A program made the position numbers and the translations under genes. The notes beneath the pieces were generated by a model. It saw only the letters and a list, made by a program, of their open reading frames with translations. It did not search any database and was not told the origin of the DNA. Of a DNA stretch of 64,000 bases, positions 61,388 to 64,000 are shown piece after piece. Within the stretch, counting starts at the first letter, position 1. Every line of letters starts with the position of its first letter. This DNA comes from an uncultured Lentisphaeraceae bacterium (GTDB lineage: Bacteria; Verrucomicrobiota; Kiritimatiellia; RFP12; DVOR01), in the NCBI GenBank assembly GCA_949282555.1, contig CASDPK010000003.1, positions 6,865-70,864 of the forward strand, read 5' to 3'.

Positions 61388-64000
61388 ATGCGACAGTGGC
61401 GAAATGCGTTTTTTGACCGGACCGATTGGCTGGCCTTTTGGGGCAGTGCGGGGGTGGCATTTGCGGTTTACGTGTTGTCGCTGGGGCCTTCGGTGGGGCT
61501 GGAGGATGCCGGGGAATTGGCGACGGCGGCCGATGCGCTGGGCGTTCCCCATCCGCCGGGCTACCCGCTGTGGACGATGCTTTCGTGGGTTTTTTGCCGG
61601 CTGTTCGGGTGGGTGACATGGCAGGGCTTTGCGAATCCGGCTTGGGCGGTGGCGCTCTGTTCCGCGGTCACGGGGGCTTTGGCCGCGGGGGTGACGGCAA
61701 TGCTCATTGCGCGCTCGGGCCGGGATTTGTTGCGTGAGGCGACGGGCGTTTCCGAGGCGCGGGCGCGGCAGATGGGTTGGTTGAGCGGGGTGGCCGGGAG
61801 CTTGGCGTTTGCCTTCTCGCCGGTGATGTGGTCGCAGGCGGTGATCGTGGAGGTGTATGCGCTGGGCGCACTCTTCTTGGCGCTGACGATGCTGTTGATT
61901 TATCGTTGGTTGCGCCGTCCGCAAGGGAAGATTTTGGTGTGGTTGGGATTGGTGTTCGGTCTGGGGCTCACGAACTACCAGGTGCTGTTGTTGGCCGCCG
62001 TGCCGATGGCGTTGTTGGTTTTTTGGCGGCGGCGCAGGTTGGCGCTGTCGTTTCTTGCTTTGGCGGTGCCGTTGGGATTGACGGCGTATGCGCTGATGTT
62101 GGGGGCGTTGCCTTCGGCGGATGCGTTTTCGACGCCCGGGGCCCCCGTGATTTTGCGTCCGGCGCGCGCCGTGGTTGAGCTTACGCCTTTGGCGATTGCT
62201 CCGTGGTGGGTGTATGTCGCCGTGGGGGGCGAGTTGGCGTTGTTGGCGGGGTTGGCCTTGTTCCGACGGAGTGCGCGGTTCGTTTGGCCTGTGGTGGGGG
62301 TGTTGGCCGTGACGGTTTTGCTGTCGGGCGCGTGGTTCGCGCCGGATGCGCCGCCATCGGGTTTCCCCGGCACGCTTTACGATTTCCGCGCCGCATGGCT
62401 GGTTCATTTGGTCGCGCTGGGGGGGCTCTGGGCGATCTGTTGGCGGTTTCGGCGGTCGCGGCGATTTGCGCTGGTTGTCACGGCGGGGCAGTTGGCGGTG
62501 CTGTGTTTGCTCCGGCAGGGGTTGATGTTGGGGCTTACGGACCCTAATCTGTGGTGGTTTTGGTGGCCGATCGTTTGGAATTTGGTGGTGTTGGCGCTGG
62601 CGTGGAGGCTTTTGCCGCGAGGGCGGCAGGTGGCGTTGACGGCGCTGGCCGCGGAGTTGGGGGTGTCCGTCTATGCGTATATGCCGGTGGCCTCCGAGGG
62701 CAATCCGCCGATGAACTGGGGATATGCGCGGACGTGGGAAGGCTTCAAGAACGCAATCTCGCGCGGGCAATATGAGGCCATCGCCCCTTCTTCTTTCTTT
62801 TCGGGACGCTACCTTTCGCAGATCATGGATTATTTGGCGGATCTGCGGATGCAATTCTCGTTGCCCGTGGTGTTGTTGGCCGTGGCGGGAACGGGGGCGC
62901 TTGTTTGGCGTGCGGTGCGTCGGCGGCTGTGGCAGGGGCTGATGTGGCTGGGGTGCACGCTTCTTTTCTTCGGGGTGATGTCGGCGTTGTTGGTGGCGTT
63001 GGCGAATCCCACGGGGGATCTTCAGGACGGGTTCATCCAAAAGGTCAAGTTCATTTCCTCGCACGGTGTGTTCGCCTTGTGGATCGGCTATGGGCTTGCG
63101 GTGTTGCTGACGCTTTGCCGCCGCGTGCCGTGGCCGCGTGCGGGCTGGGCCTTGGGGCTCGCGGCAATGGTCGTGGTCTCTCTTGCGCCGGTGGCGCAGA
63201 ATTTCCTCGATCGTGAGCTTGTTCGGGCCATGGGGGCGGCTGAGCAGACGGGGCACGACTTTGGTTGGCAATTCGGTGCTTACATGCTTGGCGGGGCGCC
63301 GACGCTTCGGGCAGAGCTGTCGCCGAAGGAAGAGCCGTTGCCGGATCCGTTTTGGCCGCCACCGATGGAGCGGGATGCGGTGTTCTTTGGCGGAACGGAC
63401 CCCGGGCGCTTTGTGCCGACGTATATGGTCTTTGCCGCGGGGTTCCGCCCGGATGTTTTGGTTTTCACGCAGAACGCGCTCGCCGACCCCACCTACACGA
63501 ATGTGCAGCGTGACCTTTATGGCGACCGCCTATGGGTGCCTTCCGCGGACAATGTCCACGATGCCTTCACGGACTATGTGGATGCGGTGCAGGCCGGGCG
63601 GCGAAAGACGAAGGGAACGATTGTGGAGGTGAACGGCCGGATGCAGATCACCGGCGCCGCCGCCGTCATGGATATCAATGCGGACCTTTCGCGTTTGCTG
63701 TTTGAGCGCAATCCGGACCGTGCGTTTTACTTGGAGGAGAGCTATCCCGTGCCGTGGATGGATGGCGTGCTGGAGCCTGCGGGATTGGCCATGCGGCTTT
63801 CGCGCGGCGGGCGTGACCTTGAGGAGCTGGCCCCGCGTGACGATGATTTTTGGGATTGGATGACGCGCCGTCTCGCCATGCGGTGGGCGTATCGTCGTGA
63901 TTTTGCCGCCCAGAAGAGCTTTTCCAAACTGCGTTCCGCGATGGCGGGTGTGTATGCTCGGAACAATCTCCGGGAAGCCGCGGAGACGGCCTATCTGGAG
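61388..64000 (+). CDS. DUF2723-like large polytopic membrane protein (TMEM260/O-mannosyltransferase-like), 3'-truncated at window end
   Basis: Manual translation gives a stop-free frame from ATG 61388 to the window end (>870 codons). The N-terminal signature DAGELATAADALGVPHPPGYPLWTMLSW is followed by many TM helices. Confidence 0.7.
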   Translation, partial: MRQWRNAFFDRTDWLAFWGSAGVAFAVYVLSLGPSVGLEDAGELATAADALGVPHPPGYPLWTMLSWVFCRLFGWVTWQGFANPAWAVALCSAVTGALAAGVTAMLIARSGRDLLREATGVSEARARQMGWLSGVAGSLAFAFSPVMWSQAVIVEVYALGALFLALTMLLIYRWLRRPQGKILVWLGLVFGLGLTNYQVLLLAAVPMALLVFWRRRRLALSFLALAVPLGLTAYALMLGALPSADAFSTPGAPVILRPARAVVELTPLAIAPWWVYVAVGGELALLAGLALFRRSARFVWPVVGVLAVTVLLSGAWFAPDAPPSGFPGTLYDFRAAWLVHLVALGGLWAICWRFRRSRRFALVVTAGQLAVLCLLRQGLMLGLTDPNLWWFWWPIVWNLVVLALAWRLLPRGRQVALTALAAELGVSVYAYMPVASEGNPPMNWGYARTWEGFKNAISRGQYEAIAPSSFFSGRYLSQIMDYLADLRMQFSLPVVLLAVAGTGALVWRAVRRRLWQGLMWLGCTLLFFGVMSALLVALANPTGDLQDGFIQKVKFISSHGVFALWIGYGLAVLLTLCRRVPWPRAGWALGLAAMVVVSLAPVAQNFLDRELVRAMGAAEQTGHDFGWQFGAYMLGGAPTLRAELSPKEEPLPDPFWPPPMERDAVFFGGTDPGRFVPTYMVFAAGFRPDVLVFTQNALADPTYTNVQRDLYGDRLWVPSADNVHDAFTDYVDAVQAGRRKTKGTIVEVNGRMQITGAAAVMDINADLSRLLFERNPDRAFYLEESYPVPWMDGVLEPAGLAMRLSRGGRDLEELAPRDDDFWDWMTRRLAMRWAYRRDFAAQKSFSKLRSAMAGVYARNNLREAAETAYLE

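Noticed and set aside
60875-63271. 798-aa Arg/Pro/His-rich ORF on the minus strand
   Set aside because: It lies entirely antisense to the well-supported DUF2723-like membrane-protein frame (61388 onward). Its composition is typical of reverse-strand reading of GC-rich coding DNA. It has no motifs.

Overview
High-GC (~65%) bacterial chromosomal window. Gene content suggests the PVC superphylum, probably Verrucomicrobiota-like. The evidence is Tat-exported sulfatase, xylose-isomerase-fold TIM-barrel and Gfo/Idh/MocA paralogs, a PEP-CTERM protein, and an spc operon without rpmD or infA. Positions 1-17.1 kb hold the 3' end of fusA followed by a complete S10-spc-alpha ribosomal protein operon set (rpsJ to rplQ, with secY, adk, map, rpmJ, rpoA), ending at a clean intrinsic terminator. 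The rest is accessory-like. It contains a sulfatase translationally coupled to a secreted 492-aa protein, and a PEP-CTERM protein gene whose surrounding intergenic DNA carries G11 and C8 homopolymer tracts. It also contains a ~1650-aa secreted LamG/beta-helix/discoidin protein interrupted by one in-frame TAG. Directly upstream of that gene, on the same strand, lies a GT4 glycosyltransferase / FkbH-like HAD-IIIC / ACP / KAS-III / ACP cluster. Further along are thrB and a Lys/Ala-rich histone-H1-like ORF joined to a DksA/TraR zinc-finger ORF across an A10 slippery run. Then come Tat-exported sugar-phosphate isomerase-like enzymes and an oxidoreductase, a heparinase II/III-like lyase, glgP, an RRM protein, rpoD, tRNA-Gln(CTG), lrp, an aminotransferase, rluA-family, comF, a split chrA pair and malic enzyme. 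A low-GC island carries a C5-cytosine methyltransferase and a putative restriction endonuclease, next to a bPH_2 membrane-protein gene flanked by ~133-bp direct repeats. The window ends with a zinc-ribbon/PtsN-EIIA fusion, dinB, an acetyltransferase, a small AT-rich islet with two overlapping membrane-protein ORFs, a MurC/Mpl-like ligase, a His-rich CSC-motif permease, and a large DUF2723-like membrane protein running off the window end. That last gene is absent from the ORF track because it has no stop in the window. No rRNA or CRISPR array was seen.
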